Of a stretch of 64,000 nt of DNA, positions 50,665-63,098 are shown one piece after another. The translations under genes and the position numbers were made by a program. The notes under the pieces are model-generated. The model was not told the origin of the DNA and did no database searches. It saw nothing but the letters and a program-made list of their open reading frames with translations. Source of the stretch: Octopus vulgaris (taxonomy: Eukaryota); assembly GCA_951406725.2 (NCBI GenBank), contig OX597816.1, positions 52,762,001 through 52,826,000 on the forward strand. The letters run 5' to 3'. How positions within the stretch are numbered: position 1 is the first letter of the stretch; each line of letters starts with the position of its first letter.

Positions 50665-51283
50665 ATGCGAGACCTAGCGCAAGTGAGACTAGCGCAAGCA
50701 AGACCATAAACACGTGGCCTATGCCAGGGTTGTAACCAGTCCACTAATGTATGTCTTTCCTTCATTGGGCACTAAACTCTGCTTGTGAAGACCTGTTGAG
50801 GCAATCGAAATCGAAGTCAAATTCGATGACTGGCATCCGTGCTAGTGGAGCGCTAAGAGTACCATACAAGTGAGATCGTTGCCAGAGCAACAAGCTGGCC
50901 TCCGTGCCAATGGCCCGTTAAAAACACCATTCGAGCATGATCGTTACCTGTGTTGCCTCACTGTCACTTGTGCTGGTGGCACGTGAAAAAACATTCGAGC
51001 GAGGTTCTTGCCAGTGCCACTGGACTGGCTCCTGTGCAGGTGGCACATAAAAAGCACCATTTGAGTGTGGCCGTCGCCAGTACTGCTTGACTGGCCCTCG
51101 TGCCAGTGGCACGTAAAAGCACCCACTACACTCTCGGAGTGGTTGGCATTAGGAAGGGCATCAAGCTGTAGAAACTCTGCCAGATCAAGATTGGAGCCTG
51201 GTTCAGCCACCTGGTTTGCCAGTCCTCAGTCAAATCGTCCAACCCATGCTAGCATGAAAAACGGACGTTAAACAATGATGATG
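50665..51283 (+). mobile_element. 5'-truncated RTE LINE 3' UTR (variant subfamily)
   Basis: AAGACCTGTTGAGGCAA shared with 43975-43992; four GGCACGTAAAA-type modules; terminal segment conserved. Confidence 0.88.
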
Positions 51284-52107
51284 GTGACTGAACTAACATC
51301 TGTTATCATATTGCCAACGATAAGAATCATATACCACCAAATTCTATTTAGTCAGTTTAAATCCTATGGTTGTTTCCCCAGCCTTTTAGCCAAATTATTC
51401 ATTAAGATACCACTCATTTCTCTTCACTATAGGTGTAATTTTAATCAATCAAATTACTAATTTAGTTAATTACATTTTCATTAGTTTAATTAATTATATT
51501 ACTTTTATTTATTAGGCTAATTCCCACTTTACCTGTTACAAACAGCTCACGTATTTTCACTTCTGAATAATAGTGAAAAGTACCAGCTGCGCAATTTTAT
51601 GGGAAAATAATACTTGTAAGAATACTGCATACTTAAAATTCACTACACTGCTGAAACTAGTAAACTGTCATCTACTAAATGAAGTGTAAAGCACAGCATT
51701 GTTCCCATCGTAAATACATACCATTTCAAATAAAGGTTCTAGTGTTTGGAAAAGTGTAACCAAATTTTATGACTCATAGATGGACTAGTTAGGAGCTGTT
51801 AAAGTCATGAATAAATGCTGCAGCAGGAAAAATGCAAAGTGATAAAAAGATATTTATTGCTTTCGGAACAGGAGTATATCAGATTTAAAATGAAAACAGA
51901 GAAAACATACAAGCATTGAAAAGAAGCTCTTGAGGGAATGCATATTCATAGGAAAGCAGTAAGAAAACATCCTTGTTATTTTCAGTCGTTGGTCAGACTT
52001 AACTGAATAAACATTCTGCTTGTAGTTATTCTGTTTCTGGTATTTTTTTTTTATGATACATTAGAACCACATTAGAGTAGCGAGCTGGTAGAATCATTTG
52101 CATGTTG

Positions 52108-52662
52108 GAGCAGGAGTGGCTGTGTGGTAAGTAGCTTGCTTACCAACCACATGGTTCTGGGTTCAGTCCCACTGTGTGGCACCTTGGGTAAGTAAGTGTC
52201 TTCTACTATAGCCTCGGGCTGACTAAAGCCTTGCGAGTGGATTTGGTCGACGGAAACTGAAAAGAAGCCCATTGTATATATGTATATTTGTGTGTCAGTG
52301 TTTACATCCCCCCTCCCCAACATCACTTGACAACCAATGCTGGTGTGTTTACTTCCCTATAACTTAACGGTTCGGCAAAAGATACCGATAGAATAAGTAC
52401 TAGGCTTACAAAGAATAAGTCCCAGGGTCAATGATGATGTTAATCAAAAGTTGTATGTTAAGAGATAAAAAAATGTTAATGTTTATGATATACACACAAG
52501 CAAAACAAAAATCAGAAAAGTTCTTTTAAAGACTGAAAGAGACTGATAGAATAAGTACTAGGCTTACAAAGAATAAGTCCTGGGGTCGATTTCTTCGACT
52601 AAAGGCGGTGCTCCAGCATGGCCACAGTCAAATGACTGAAACAAGTAAAAGAGTAAAAGAGT
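52108..52662 (+). mobile_element. SINE family A with internal duplication and filler, nested in a C2 head
   Basis: ATGTTGG on both flanks; SINE segment duplicated around about 100 nt of AT-rich filler. Confidence 0.88.
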
Positions 52663-53032
52663 ATGTTGGGCAAAATGCTAAGCAACACTTTGTTCATCTT
52701 TATATACTGATTTCCTATTCTGCCAAGATCAGGAGCGATGAAATGAGTACCAGTTGAGCACTGGGGTTGATATTATCAACATACCCCCTCCTCCAAAATT
52801 GCTGGCCTTGTGCCAAAAATTTGAGAAAGGCAGAATTATTAGCACACCGGAAAAATGCTTAGCAGCATTTCATCCATCTTTTAGTTTCTGAGTTCAAATT
52901 CTACTGAGGTCAACATTGCCTTTCATCCTTCCAGGGTTGATAAAATATGTACTAGTTGAGAACTGGGAATCAGTGTAATCAATTTATCCCCTCCCCACAA
53001 GCTTTCTGGCCCCTTAAATAGTAGGATTTACT

Positions 53033-53256
53033 TTAACCCTTTCAATATCAACCCGGCTCAAACCGCCTCTGTAGTACAAATGTCTTGTTTTCATAAGTTT
53101 TGAATTAAAATCTTCCACCAAACCTTTGTCACAATTTATGTTCCTAGCACTAGCTTAGTTTTCGCAAAGCTATTTTACTAAATTCTTTGTTATATTTAGA
53201 ATTAATTGAAAGAAACACAGAGCATCTCAAACTAAATATGGTAAAGAAAGGGTTAA
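53033..53256 (+). mobile_element. piggyBac-type MITE
   Basis: TTAACCCTTTC...GAAAGGGTTAA. Confidence 0.85.
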
Positions 53257-55055
53257 AGGTATTTGGCTATTATTTCTCACAGGCTGATTAACCATATACA
53301 GGCTCTTTTTTTGGTTCAGTTTAAAGAGAAAGTTTTATCTATATATCCTAATATTATCCAGTATATCCTTATGTTTATTTTTAAGTTCATAGATTGTAAT
53401 TTGACTACCTGCCACAGGTATGTCAATTTTACAAAGGTAGACTACATCCCTGCCGTGGCATAAGAGGTAAGTAAACAGGTGGTGACAGTAAAGGAATCTG
53501 GACTGAAAGGATTGCTTCAAAGAAATATCAAACCTATGCCAATATGGAAAAGCAGACATAAAAACAATAAGATGATGATGATGATGACAATGATGATGAC
53601 TAAATGTAATTCCCTCATTGACTCAGTCAGAATACGTTTCTGTCTGTATACATCATAATGTATCAGTTAAAGCAAAAGTTTACCAGCCCATTTACTTAGG
53701 TCAGAGTGTAATCCATGAATGACAAAATCTAATAAGGCAGAAACATATTCAGTGTTGTCTCCCAGACTTGCAAAAGTGGTTAAATAATATTAATCATTGA
53801 GCTAATCTAACAATTCCACTACACCATTGCCCTGGATTGTTACTTTTTATTAACCCCAAAAGTGACCTCACTAGTGCTGGTGCTATGTTAAAAGCATCCA
53901 GTTCACAATGTAAAGTGGTTGGCATTTGGAAGGGCATCCAGCCATAAAAAACCATGCCAAAGCAGTGTGTATAAGTGTGTATGTGCATATGTTTGTATGC
54001 ATGTATATATGTATGTAAGCATGTGTGTGTATATATATATATATATACACACATACGCATGCTCACATATCTATATTATTTTCCAGTATTATTTGTAATA
54101 CAACACAGCTTTCGCGCAACACAAACACACTCATATGTATATACACCACACATACACACACCACTCACACTACACACACACACACACACACACACACAGA
54201 GGCATAAGCTTCATAAACTCAGTAACATCATCACTGATAACAACTACTGCAGCTGAACAAAGTGAAAGCAAACCTGCACTTGTACAGATATGAAAATTCT
54301 AGTGAAGCTCTAATTGAATTATTCATATATGGTTTGGGACGATCGCAAATTTTCTGAACTTCTATGAACTAAAGAATAATGATCAACCTGTTCCTGAAAC
54401 AGCTAATATTAAATGTAAACACTTACAAAATCTGAGAGGTTTCTAGTTGCAACAGAATACATTGATAAAAGCACAGATTCTTCATTCAACTTCAGTTCGT
54501 TTTCCAACTGTATCACATGCATGCTCTGAAAGGGTGCCATTCTATTTTGCCAATAATCTTTTCTTGCCAGCTCAACTTTGTTAGAAATTGAAAGGAAATC
54601 AATAATAGAGTGTAAGAGCTATGCAAATATTAGCTCTAGGCTGGTTAACCGAGTCTGACCCTCGAGGTTAAATGCGTGGGAAAACTATTGTTCCACTGAA
54701 TGTGAATACTATCACAGCTACATATTTAAAAATCATTACATAAAAACAAGCAATAAAATTCCTATTAGCTTCAACAATGAACACTAAAAGAAGACAAAGG
54801 ATTATAAAAGTAAGAGAGCTTGAAACAAAAACATTATTTTAATGCCATTTTCAATATGTCTTTCTTATTATCACCATTGATACGAGAGGAATGAATAAAG
54901 CATTAAGCTAATTTCAGTAATGAACGAATATTCTGTTTCTTTTATTAATTTACTTGAAAATAAACAAAAAAAAATTTGTTCTTCTGAACATGACACCTTG
55001 TGGTAACTTTATTTAAAGTTTGTTATTATGCTTACACATTGACTCCTTAAAACTT

Positions 55056-55475
55056 CATCATCATCATTATTTAATGTCTGCTTTCCATGCTAGCATGATG
55101 GCTGCACCTGACTCCAATCTGATCTGGCAGAGTTTCTACAGCTGGATGCCCTTCCTAATAGCAACCACTCCGAGAGTGTAGTGGGTGCTTTTATGTGCCA
55201 CCGGCACGAGGGCCAGTCAGGTGGTACGGGCAACAGCCACACTCAAATGGTGCTTTTTATGTGCCACCTGCACAGGAGTCAGTCCAGCGGCACTGGCAAC
55301 GACCTCGCTCGAATGTTTTTTCACGTGCCACCAGCACAATTGGCAGTAAGGCGACATAGGTAATGATTACACTCGGATCATGCTTTTTCCGTGCCATTGG
55401 CATGGAGGTCAGCTTGTTGCTCTGGCAACAATCACGCTTGTATGGCACTCTTAGCATTGATGCTACATTCAGAGT
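55056..55475 (-). mobile_element. RTE LINE 3' UTR fragment
   Basis: Reverse complement of 50850-51283 with an internal deletion. Confidence 0.85.
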
Positions 55476-55713
55476 AAGCTATGCATTTTCATGACTTTTT
55501 AAAGCTTGTTTAATGTTATTTTACAATTATTGCTAAATCTAGTAGCCTCAAGAGTTACAGTAAGGTATCTTGGATTTTCATTGATTTATAAAACTTGTTT
55601 AAAAGCTTCAGTGAACCCTGTGGCCACCTGACTCCGAGTATAGAATCATGCATTCTTATTGACTCCTTACAATTTGTTTAATGCTTTTATAATTGATTTA
55701 ATGCTATTATAAT

Positions 55714-55868
55714 TGATATACCCTCCAGCCTTCTTCAGGTCTTTTGGGAACCCAGGTTCGAAATTTCCCCAAGACACCTGAAGAAGGCTAGAGGGTATGT
55801 CAGTTGAAACGTTGTGTTAACAACAAACAAGATGAAGACAAATATCCATCGAATGTAAATAATGTAAA
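55714..55868 (+). mobile_element. Hammerhead-bearing element: inverted partial copy followed by direct copy (Penelope-like arrangement)
   Basis: 55714-55750 is the reverse complement of about 55765-55802; the direct part matches 20247-20370. Confidence 0.78.
55773..55818 (+). ncRNA. Minimal type I hammerhead ribozyme-like motif
   Basis: GACAC-CUGAAGA-A-GGCU...AGUU-GAAAC-GUU-GUGUU; stem I fully paired. Confidence 0.62.
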
Positions 55869-57409
55869 AATTTTTTTTGTTACTTATTTTTTTGTCACTA
55901 TATTTAGTTAGTATGCAGTTAACTATAACTTTCTTATATAGTTAACTGTTTAGTCCCTGGGTAATTTTCCACGCAATCCCAGTTGAAACGTCTGTGCACC
56001 CTTTCATCTTTATAACTCTTTACAGTCCACTCTTCTGCCTTTTGTGTTTCATTCTGAGTACCATGCATATAATTTTGGTTTTCATTGCTGTCTTCTGAAC
56101 TTGACTTATTGCTGCCTTCTGTTACATCTTTTTACCTTTTTTCTATGTGTTGCAGGGAACAGAAGCACTGTATACAAAAAGCCTTTTCTTACTAAGTTTT
56201 TAATAGTTTAATAGATGTCAGAAAAAGTTTTATGAATTAGACTATAGTTGTTACCATGTGCCATTCACAGAACAGTATTTTAACTAACTGAGTGCCATCT
56301 ATCGATATCGTACACACCACACATCTGTAATTGATTGTGGTCCATTCTCTGACAAATCAGTAAATATAAAATGTAACCTTATCATGAATTTGATATTTTA
56401 CCTAATGTGATACCAACGTCATACAATCATGTAGCCACTAGCGGTTGTCTAGAAACAGCAGTTAAATTTTCTTCAAGCCACATCCTGCTAGCTTACAAAA
56501 GAATACATAGTGCCTTTTTGCAGTTCGGCAAAAATAATGGAATAAGTATCTAATTTCAGTTAAGTACAGGGTCCAGTTTAACTGAATAATCTTTCAAGGA
56601 AGAGACCCAGCAGGGACTTACACCAATAATGGAAACCAGTAAAAGAATAAAAAAAAAAAATAACAAACTTCTATGGACCATTCAACCTTCTAAAAACAAC
56701 AGCTAAATGTCTTTCAAATCACACCCTACCATCTTAAAACATGCAGGATATTTTCAACAATGAATTTCTGCAGGTACAGAAGACAAGATGACCACAGTTG
56801 AGATATTTTAATCGTAAAGGGCTTCTGTCAGTCAATAATGACCCAGCATCTGCACACATATGTGCAGACCTGGGCAAAGTTTTTAGAGAATGACTAGCAG
56901 TTTCCCATGCTTGCAAGTTTCTTACCAGTATACCATCAATATTTATCCAAGGAAAAGCCTGCTGATGTGGGCCAGTGCAGCTCGGCACCAGTGTTGTCAT
57001 AGATATCAGTTTCAAATTTTGGCACAAGGCAAGCAGTTTTAGGGATGGGGCTAAGTGAATTACATCAACCCCAGTACTCAACTGGTACTCATTTTATCAA
57101 CCCTGAAAGGATGAAATGCAAAGTCAACCTCGGTGGAATTTGAACACGGAACAAAAAGTCACAAGAAATGCCACTAAGCTTTCTTTCCGGCATGGTAATG
57201 ACTCTGCCAGTTCTCTGCTTTAGTGTTGTCAGAGATATTGCTATCAGAACACAAAGGGATGGAACAGATGCCACAAAGAATCTTGTTTGATACTCTATCA
57301 GTTCTGCCAACTCACTGCCACTATTAGTTAATTCTTTTAATACCCTAAAAGAATGAAACAAATTTGACCTCAGTATGATATGAATTCAGAGTTGCATAAA
57401 GTCAAAATA

Positions 57410-57600
57410 AATACCTATTTCTTAAGTACCCACAAGGGGCTAAACACAGAAGGGACAAACATGGACAGACAAACGTATTAAGTCGATTATATCGACCCCA
57501 GTGCATAACTGGTACTTATTTAATCGACCCCGAAAGGAAGAAAGGCAAAGTCGACCTCAGCAAAATTTGAACGCAGAACGTAGCGGCAGACAAAATACCG
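57410..57600 (-). mobile_element. SINE family C, headless unit
   Basis: Minus strand starts CGGTATTTTGTCTGCCG and ends CCCCTTGTGGGTACTTAAGAAATA-GGTATT. Confidence 0.88.
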
Positions 57601-59063
57601 CAGACGAAGCTTACCATCCAACTTTGCCAATTTGCGACCTGTCATCATAGGGTCTGTTTAGTCAAAGTTGGCATGGAGCTAAACAGAACAACAACACTAA
57701 CAACTTATAAAAAAAAGGAACTAAAATCATCATTAACACGGGTAGGACAGGATTTGTTGAGGTAGAATTTCTACTGCCAGATGCCCTTCTTCTCATCAAC
57801 TCTCGACCATTTCCAAGCAAATCAATATTTTCCCATGGCCAGACATGTTTTCATGGAAGATTGGAAACAAAAAAACTGCTTGTATAACAATGAAACTTAC
57901 TGTCACAGCAAGGAGATGGTAACCCCCTTCATATATATGCGAGTGTGTGTATGTGTATGTGTGTGCGTGTGAGTGTATACAATGAGCTTCTTTCAGTTTC
58001 CTTCTTCCAAATCCACTCACAAGGCTTTGGTTATCATGGTGCTACAATAGAGGACACTTGCCCAAGGCACCACACACAAATACTGAATACAAAACCACAT
58101 GGTCGTGAAGTAAACTTCTTACCACACAGTTATACCCATGCCTATAGATAATAACATAAATAATTAATACCATGCCTGTTTCTTGAATATTTCACCATAA
58201 TACAATAATACAATATGAATTCCAGGAATTATCATGTTAAATTTCATTGCATAAGAAACTCTTAAGCACTAAGATAAACTTAACTGCTAATTCTCTGGAC
58301 ACTTCAAATGAGCTACTTATTCTGAGCAAATTTAATACCACAGAAACTTCCAGAATGCTTCATCATCAATACTTCTAATCATAAACATCAACATCATCAT
58401 CATCAGCAGCAGCAGCAGTTTTAACATCTACTTTTCCATGTTTACATAGGTCAGACAGAATTTACTGAAGCAGATTTCCATTACGGGATGCTCTTCCTGT
58501 CACCTACCTTCACCTATTTCCAAGTAAGGTGATATTTTCTCCTGGTCCAGACATGTTTTCATAGGTGACTGCACACAAATACCATCATTTGTATGACGGT
58601 GATATGTGATGTCAAGATGAAGGCAGCAAGCTAGCAGAATCATTAACATGCTGGGCCAAAATGTTTCGCAGCATCTTGACCATCCTTACGTTCTGAATTC
58701 AAATTCTGCAAAGTTCGACTTTGCCTTTCATCCTTTTGGGGTTGATGAAATAGATACCAGTTGAGTACTGGGGTCAATGCAACCGACTTACACCCTCCTC
58801 GAAATTGCAGGCCTTGGGCCAGAATTTGAAATCAATATGTGATGTCAAGACAAGCAGGCAGAAATACACACACATATATGCACATACATACATACTTACA
58901 CAGACACACACACACATACATATATGTTTGTGCATATGAACATACATACATATGTATGCATGTATGTATGTATGAAAGGTTTCTTTTCAGTTTCCACCTT
59001 CCAAATTCACTCTCTAGGATCTGCTAGGCCCTGTATTTTAGTATTTCGGAAACAGACGCCCAC

Positions 59064-59292
59064 GGCGAGTTGGCATAATCGTTAGCACATCGGGCGAAAT
59101 GCTTATCAGTATTTTGTCTGCCGTTAGGTTCTAAGTTCAAATTCCACCGAGGTCGACTTTGCCTTTCATCCTTTCGGGGTCAATAAATTAAGTACCAGTT
59201 ACGCTCTGAGGTCAATGTGATCGACTTAATCCATTTGTCCGTCCTTGTTTGTCCCCTCTGTGTGTAGCCCCTTGTGGGCAGTAAAGAAATAA
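59064..59292 (+). mobile_element. SINE family C nested in an older minus-strand SINE
   Basis: TSD GAAACAGAC(G/A)CCCAC at 59049-59063 and 59293-59307. Confidence 0.92.
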
Positions 59293-59413
59293 GAAACAGA
59301 CACCCACCAAAAGTGCCATGTAGTGGGACTGAAACTGAAACCATATGGTTGGCAAGTAAACACATTAATTACACAACTATGCATGATCCTATAACCTAAA
59401 AGAAATATTGAAA

Positions 59414-59646
59414 TACTCTTTTACTCTTTTACTTGTTTCAGTCACTTGTGTGTGGCCATGCTGGAGTACCACCTTTAGTCGAGCAAATCTACTCCAGGAC
59501 TTATACTTTGTAAGCCTAGTACTTACTCTATCGGTCTCTTTTGCCGAACCGCTAAGTTACGGGAATGTAAACACATCAGCATCAGTTGTCAAGTGATGTT
59601 GGAGGGGGGGGGGGGCAAACACAAACACACAAACATATACACACAC

Positions 59647-59689
<43 letters not shown>

Positions 59690-59847
59690 TGTTCTTTCAG
59701 TTTCCATCTACCAAATCCACTCACAAGGCTTTGGTCGGCCCGAGGCTATAGCAGAAAACACTTGCCCAAGGTGCCACACAGTGGGACTGAACCCAGAACC
59801 ATGTGGTTCACATTCAAGCTACTTACCACACAGCCACTCATACGCCT
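59414..59847 (-). mobile_element. SINE family A, full length
   Basis: Matches consensus; internal (TA)n. Confidence 0.92.
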
Positions 59848-60631
59848 ACTAGAAGATAATAAAACTGATGGTATAATAGCTTCCTGCAATGTTTTTTCAT
59901 TGGTGTTATGCAACATTTCTATTTGAAGGAACAACACAAAAAACAAAAAAAAAAAGCCGAAAATCCATCACATGAATATATTTGATCTGATCATGCAATA
60001 TTATGCACAACAATGCAACATCTGCAAGCATACATTGCTTCTGTCGCAACAATGCAACAACTTGGAACATGTTCAGCAACAAGCCGACATACGTAATAAC
60101 ATACATGCAGCAACAATGCAACACCTACGACAATAATATTACATTCCCAGTGCAGAATGCTATTAAATAAATGCAATAAGCTATTGACTGTTGCTAGGAT
60201 GTAAAGAAGGATGGCTATCTGGTTAATAATTTTGGTTTGCACATGTGAATGGATGAGGGTTCAGTCTCACTGCTTGACGCTTCGGGGGGGGGGGAGCAAG
60301 TGTCAAGCAGTGAAAGCCTCAGGTTGACCAATATTTTGTGAGTTGAAAATGAGTGACGGAAATTGTAGCAGAAATCCATTATCCATGCATGTGTCTGTGT
60401 ATTACATATATTCCATATATATATATATATATATATTACATATAATACACCCACACAACGTGTATGCATATGAATACACACACACACACACACATACAGA
60501 GTATTTGAGTGTGTATATTACATATTATTTTATTCTCTTACTTGTTTCAGTCACTTGACTGCAGCCATACTGGAGCACTGCCTTTAGTCAAGCAAATCGA
60601 CTCCAGCATTTCTCTCATAGTAACTACTGCA

Positions 60632-61041
60632 GCGAGCTGGCAGAATCATTAGCATACTGAGCGAAATGTTTAGCGGTATTCCATCTGCCGTTATGTTCTG
60701 AGTTCAAATTCCGCCGAGGTCGACTTTGCCTTTCATCCTTTCGGGGTCAATAAATTATGTACCAGTTATGCAATGGGGTCGATGTAATTGACTTAATCCC
60801 TTTGTCTGTCCTTGTTTGTCCTCTCTGTGTTTAGCCCCTTGTGGGTAGTAAAGAAATAGGTATTCCGTCTGCCGTTATGTTCTGAGTTCAAATTCCGCCG
60901 AGGTCGACTTTGCCTTTCATCCTTTCGGGATCCATAAATTAAGTACCAGTTATGCACTGAGTTGATGTAATTGACTTAATCCCTTTGTCTGTCCTTGTTT
61001 GTCCCCTCTATGTTTAGCCCCTTGCAGGCAATAATGAAACA
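60632..61041 (+). mobile_element. SINE family C head-to-tail dimer within one TSD
   Basis: TSD AGTAACTACTGCA at 60619-60631 and 61042-61054; second unit starts at 60859. Confidence 0.92.
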
Positions 61042-62179
61042 AGTAACTACTGCAATATAGTTCTAACAGAACATCTATGTTTAAATAGGGATGAATATTA
61101 CCTCACTATAAGCCCAATGTACTAATTACTAGGCTACATACCATAGATTTCTGTCTTCCTCATTTATCATTTAATGCCTACTTTTCTGTGCTTGCATGAT
61201 TCAGACACAATTTGCAGAGGCAGATTTTCTCCAACCAGATGCCTTCCCTGTTAGCAGTCTCACCTGTTTCCAATCAAATTAATATTTCCCCATGGACTAA
61301 CATGCTAATCACGGAAGACAGAGAATGGGAAACAATGCTTGTATGACATTGATGCATATTTATAACCATCACATGATGCCAAAACAATAATAAACTTGCA
61401 CTCACACATAGACATATAAACAGGTGTCTTTCAGTTTCCATTTACTAAATCTATTTATGGAGCTTTGGTCAACCTGAGGCCAAAGTAGAAGACACTTGAC
61501 CAAGATGCTGCCCAGCAGGACTGAATGCAAGATCACTTGGTTAAGGAAGTAAACCATGCCTGCAATACAGCCTAGCAGATTCAGATTTATCAAGAAATCA
61601 AATGATCTGATGTCATGGAGTAATTGATATGCCTGAATAATTGTCTGTAATTGCTTCTTGATTTTCTCATAATTCTATGTTGTTCTAAGATCTAAGCCAC
61701 AGGTCAGCAAATCATTTTTGAAATTGTTCCACCACAAACAGTTTTAAAATTTAAAGTCGTTTTCAGGCACTATTTTACAAGGCACCTGCCATCTTTACAA
61801 GAATAGGTTATATAAAAGCTACCGGCAGTCTATAATTTAAAATCATAACATTACATGGAAGTTTTCTGTTTCCTTCTCAGTAATTTAAAATCTCTTGTAA
61901 AATATAATGGAAGAACACATTTATTGCTCAACTTAAGCTATAAACATAACTTTATGTTTTACTACGAGTTACTATAGCAATAAATTTTTGCTAAAAAAAA
62001 TAGAAATCTGAAGTGGATAAAAAGTAATTGAAATCAAATTAAAATATATACACATACACACACATGAATTAATAAAATTTATACTATGCATGCTAAGAGT
62101 ATATTATACATCAAATCCAACATTAATATTATGTTTTTCCATTCAATCTTTGATAGCCAATACAAATATTCTCTCTTAA

Positions 62180-62581
62180 GGCGGTGAGCTGGCAGAAACA
62201 TTAGCACGCTGGGCAAAAATGCTTAGCGGTATTTCGTCTGCCACTACGTCCTGAGTTCAAATTCCGCCGAGGTCGACTTTGCCTTTCTTCATTTCGGGGT
62301 CGATTAAATAAGTACCAGTTACACACTGGGGTCGATATAATCGACTTAATCCCTTTGTCTGTCCTTGTTTCTCATCTCTGTGTTTAGCCCCTTGAATTTA
62401 GCCCCTAGGTATTTCATCTGCCATTACGTTCTGAGTTCAAATTCCGCCGAGATCGACTTTACCTTTCATCCTTTTGGGGTCTATTTAATAGATACTAGTT
62501 AATCACTGGGGTCGATATAATCGACTTAATCCCCTTGTTTGTCCCCTCTATGTTTAGCCCCCTGTGGGCAATAAAGAAATA
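62180..62581 (+). mobile_element. SINE family C head-to-tail dimer within one TSD
   Basis: 21-bp TSD AATACAAATATTCTCTCTTAA at 62159-62179 and 62582-62602; second unit starts at 62408. Confidence 0.93.
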
Positions 62582-63060
62582 AATACAAATATTCTCTCTT
62601 AATATTCAAAATTGTGGCAAAATTGTGAAGGAGTTGGATCATAGCTTTACTCACAATTTGTCTCAACTCTTTACATTCTGAGTTCAAATCTTGCCAAGGT
62701 TGACTTTACAATTCATCCTTCTGGGGGTCAGTAAAATAAGTACCAGTTGAGCACTGGTATCGATGTAATCAACTTACTCCCTCCTCCCAGAACTGTTGGC
62801 CTTGTGCCAAAATTTGAAACCAATATAAATGTATTTTATTTTCTTTTTTTTTTCTTTGATCATTTTTTTTTACTTGCTTTACTCATTGGACTGCATGTTG
62901 GGGTATGTAAACTAATACCCATTGCCAAACAGCAAACACAAGCACACACACACACACACACACACATATATGTACACACACACACACACACACATATGTA
63001 CATACACACTGCCATAATAGATCGCTAGCCACTACACCTTCTTTATTTTCTCTCCTTGTT

Positions 63061-63098
63061 TCTTTCTGTGGAAGAGCATAGGCTCGAAACGTTGAAGA
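63061..63098 (+). ncRNA. Variant hammerhead-like motif in a different short repeat
   Basis: UCUUU-CUGUGGA-A-GAGC-AUAG-GCUC-GAAAC-GUU-GAAGA; all stems pair but core A6 is replaced by U. Confidence 0.4.

Noticed and set aside
50880-51130. Repeat-spacer appearance of the GGCACGTAAAAAGCACC modules (CRISPR-like)
   Set aside because: The spacers are homologous to each other, the context is a eukaryotic LINE UTR, and there are no cas genes.
54427-54540. Minus-strand short ORFs ending at TTT|gtaagt in repeat-poor DNA
   Set aside because: No recognisable protein similarity; cannot be supported without RNA-seq.
55955-55995. CTGGG/CCCAG hairpin followed by GAAACGTC as another hammerhead
   Set aside because: No CUGANGA core upstream.
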